A DNA stretch of 34,714 nucleotides from a virus. Made by a program: the position numbers and the translations under genes. Positions within the stretch are counted from its first letter, which is position 1. Each line of letters begins with the position of its first letter. This document shows, piece after piece, positions 31,953 through 34,714 of this stretch. The DNA lies in IMG/VR virus record IMGVR_UViG_3300001846_000239, positions 78,281 through 112,994 of that record, one strand, 5' to 3'. Below the pieces are notes generated by a model, which did no database searches, was not told the origin of the DNA, and was given only the letters and a program-made list of their open reading frames with translations.

Positions 31953-34714
31953 TGGCTAATAAAGAAACTAGAATTTATAAAACGGATACATTAGAAAAAC
32001 TCAGACAAAAGTCTAATGAGATTTCTTTACACTTAGGTGATAATGAGCAACTGAATGCTTTAATGGCCGATAAGACTTATGTATACTCTGCATCGGCGGG
32101 GGATACTTTGTTTGATGGTCCTGACACTTCTAGTCCGGCTAAAACATCTAGATTCGAAATAAGTCCTGCGCATACTGTTGATAATACTGGTGGTACTATC
32201 ATCTTAAGCGGTGCAACTATTACTAGTGAGTATGTCGCAAACGCAGTCATTTATCAAGGATCTAATTCAGCTCCAAGTTGGCAAGCATATATTGTATCTG
32301 CTTCAAACGATAAGCTTGTTGTAAGAGATTCATCTGGTACTTTTGATAGTGGTGAAACATTAAAAGTTGGTACTGATGTTGCAGACCAAATCACGTCTGA
32401 TAAAATCTCTAGAATCATTATTGAATCATATCCAGTTGGTATCGTAAGAGTATATAAAAATAATACTGAGTTGACTCAGGATATTTCACCTAATGGTTTC
32501 CATGTAGTAAATATTAAAGCTACAATTTCACAAACTGGATCACCAACACTTACCGATTATACTGAAGGTGTTACAATTTACCAGGGCGATTCTCAAACCA
32601 CTCAGTCTGGTGTTGAATCAAATGCCACTTGGTATGGTACTCTACATTCTGTTTCAAATGGTGTTATCCGAGTAAAAACATATAATGGAACCTTCAATGC
32701 AGGTACATTGATTAGAGCTTTAGGAAGTAGTGATACAATTATCGGTGCTAACCATGGTAATCTAGTACCAGTCGATGATACTTACGGATCTTATATTGAG
32801 TTAGTTACTCCTGCTTCGGCTTCAGATGAAATCAAAATCTTTTCACTAGATCTTGTAGCTGCAATTAATGAGTTACAAGATGACATTGGTACTGTTGAGA
32901 GTTTAACAACAGCGGCTAATGATTTGGTTCTTGCTATCAACGAACATGATGCAGAACTTGGAACAATCACTGCAGGAGCAATGGGAACATCTGCTTCAAC
33001 AGTGAGTACTGCTATTAGAGAGCATGAAGATCAAATTGGTAATGTAAATATTACTAGCATTGATTCAGCTACTGATACCATTACTGGCGCACTCGTACAA
33101 TTACACGATGAAGTAGGTGATGTTACTTCCGGAAATCTTGGAACATCTGCTTCAAACTTAACATCAGCAATTAGAGAACATGAGGATCAGATTGGTAATC
33201 ATACTGCTTTCCACTCCATCTCTTCTACTGATAATACTATTTCAGAAGCACTTGGTCAACTTCATATAGAAGTTGGTGATCTTGCTCTTCATACAACGGC
33301 TACTGATTTAACCGAAGCCATTAATGAATTAGAAGAAGATCTATTTAATGCTGAAGGTGGTACAAAGAGAAATAGAAATGACCTTTTAACCACAGATAAA
33401 ACTTCTATCCTAGATGCTATTAACGAATTGCATACAGAATTATATACTTCTGGTGTAACATTTAGCGGATTGTCTTCCACAAATTTCCAAGATGGTCTTG
33501 AGGAATTAAGAACTGAACTTGGCAATCATAACAATCTTGGAACTAATGTAACTTCAAATGCAGTTGCGGCTATTACAGAATTAGAACAAGTAATCAGAGA
33601 TGATAGTACAGCAAGAACCGGTTATTCATTTGGAACAAACGCCAAAAATATTATTGCTGCGATTAACGAATTAGAAAACGTTTTAAGAGGTGCAAATACT
33701 AATTACACAGTAAATACTGCAGCTCAAAACTATCGTGATGCTATCAATGAACATGAAAGCCAAATTGGTAACATGACATTTGGCGCACTTGGTCCTGTAG
33801 ATGATGCTAATTCAACTACATTAACAGGTGCAGTAAATGTTCTAGATGCAGAGATTGGTAATACTGATTACTCAGCCCAAGGTGCTGATGTTTCAACTGC
33901 GTTGAAAAATCTGTATGACGATATTAATACTGCTGGATCTTTGACAACTCTTAATACTGCTAATCAATATATTGTTGGTGCGATTAACGAATTAGAATCT
34001 GATTTGTTTAATCCTGAAGGTGGTGATAAGAGATCACTGGCTGATCTTAGTACCACAGATAAAACTTCTATCCTAGATGCTATTAATGAGATCTACGCAG
34101 ATATTCATACGGCAGGTTCTGTTACTCTTGACACACAAGCTAATTACTTAGTTGGTGCTATTAATGAAATTGAAGGAGTCTTCGACGCTTCAACTTATGA
34201 AATTAGTGCTGGTGCTAATGCGTTTGATGTAACTTCAGGCACATTTACGGTTAATTCATCTGCTGATATTATATTAGATGCTGATGGTGCTGATGTTATC
34301 CTTAAAGATAATAATGTAGAATTTGGTAGATTTACTCAGACCGGAAATCAATTAGTAATCTCATCTGGTGCTAATAACACTTTCCTAACTGCAAGTGATA
34401 CAAATGCAACATTCGCTAATGATGTAACTGTAACAACCAACTTCTCTGTTGGTGGTACGGCCGGTGTTACTGGTGACGTTACATTAAGTAGTGCTACTCA
34501 ATCTGGAGCGACTACTACTGGTGCATTAACTGTTGCGGGTGGAGTTGGTATAGTAAAAAATCTTAATGTCGGTGGTAATGCTGATATTGATGGAACATTA
34601 TATGTAAATGCTGCGACTACCCTTGCACAGACTTTATCTGTGACAGGTGATGTTGCTATTGGATCAAACAAGTTTAATGTTACTGCTGCAACTGGTAATA
34701 CTCAAATCGATGGT
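31952..34714 (+). CDS. Long tail/neck fibre-like protein, 3' truncated (at least 921 aa; not in the ORF track)
   Basis: TAATG coupling; the frame is open to the window end (MANKETRIYKTDTLEKLRQKSNEI...). It has many AINE/AIRE short coiled-coil repeats followed by G/T/V-rich beta repeats (GALTVAGGVGIVKNLNVGG). Confidence 0.85.
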   Translation, partial: MANKETRIYKTDTLEKLRQKSNEISLHLGDNEQLNALMADKTYVYSASAGDTLFDGPDTSSPAKTSRFEISPAHTVDNTGGTIILSGATITSEYVANAVIYQGSNSAPSWQAYIVSASNDKLVVRDSSGTFDSGETLKVGTDVADQITSDKISRIIIESYPVGIVRVYKNNTELTQDISPNGFHVVNIKATISQTGSPTLTDYTEGVTIYQGDSQTTQSGVESNATWYGTLHSVSNGVIRVKTYNGTFNAGTLIRALGSSDTIIGANHGNLVPVDDTYGSYIELVTPASASDEIKIFSLDLVAAINELQDDIGTVESLTTAANDLVLAINEHDAELGTITAGAMGTSASTVSTAIREHEDQIGNVNITSIDSATDTITGALVQLHDEVGDVTSGNLGTSASNLTSAIREHEDQIGNHTAFHSISSTDNTISEALGQLHIEVGDLALHTTATDLTEAINELEEDLFNAEGGTKRNRNDLLTTDKTSILDAINELHTELYTSGVTFSGLSSTNFQDGLEELRTELGNHNNLGTNVTSNAVAAITELEQVIRDDSTARTGYSFGTNAKNIIAAINELENVLRGANTNYTVNTAAQNYRDAINEHESQIGNMTFGALGPVDDANSTTLTGAVNVLDAEIGNTDYSAQGADVSTALKNLYDDINTAGSLTTLNTANQYIVGAINELESDLFNPEGGDKRSLADLSTTDKTSILDAINEIYADIHTAGSVTLDTQANYLVGAINEIEGVFDASTYEISAGANAFDVTSGTFTVNSSADIILDADGADVILKDNNVEFGRFTQTGNQLVISSGANNTFLTASDTNATFANDVTVTTNFSVGGTAGVTGDVTLSSATQSGATTTGALTVAGGVGIVKNLNVGGNADIDGTLYVNAATTLAQTLSVTGDVAIGSNKFNVTAATGNTQIDG
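33389..34086 (+). repeat. Exact 35-bp direct repeat inside the fibre gene
   Basis: ACCACAGATAAAACTTCTATCCTAGATGCTATTAA at 33389-33423 and 34052-34086. Confidence 0.9.

Noticed and set aside
1-34714. tRNA, tmRNA, rRNA, introns, inteins or a DGR
   Set aside because: No cloverleaf/T-loop signatures in the short intergenic gaps, no interrupted core genes, and no reverse transcriptase or adenine-specific TR/VR repeat pair seen by eye.

Overview
A 34.7-kb fragment of an AT-rich T4-like myophage genome, resembling marine T4-superfamily phages. From left to right: (1) the 3' end of a curlin-like repeat gene, coupled to a CHASE2-type class III adenylate cyclase (1-2203). (2) An early region of small ORFs driven by four near-identical T[G/T]TACA-N17-TATAAT promoters (2256-7209). 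(3) A gp33-dsbA-gp59-gp32 block, then a structured intergenic segment and a 28-aa YRG peptide (7206-9790). (4) A minus-strand operon: gp4, gp2, gp54, gp26, gp51-like, an EF-hand membrane protein and a gp29-like tape measure (9787-14625). (5) A plus-strand baseplate/tail operon with TATAAATA late promoters: gp48, gp53, hub, gp5, PAAR, gp25, gp6, gp7, gp8, VrlC-like and a truncated fibre gene (14701-34714). The most notable signals not explained by this annotation are four. First, a probable -1 ribosomal frameshift fusing gp26 to a start-less gp51-like frame upstream of the tape measure, as in lambda G/GT. Second, a hairpin whose loop is antisense to the ribosome-binding sites of the first gene behind each of the four early promoters. 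Third, tandem pseudoknot-like elements before the YRG peptide. Fourth, a mirror-image TT/AA depletion centred near 16.9 kb. All product calls come from motif recognition and synteny by eye; no database searches were run.
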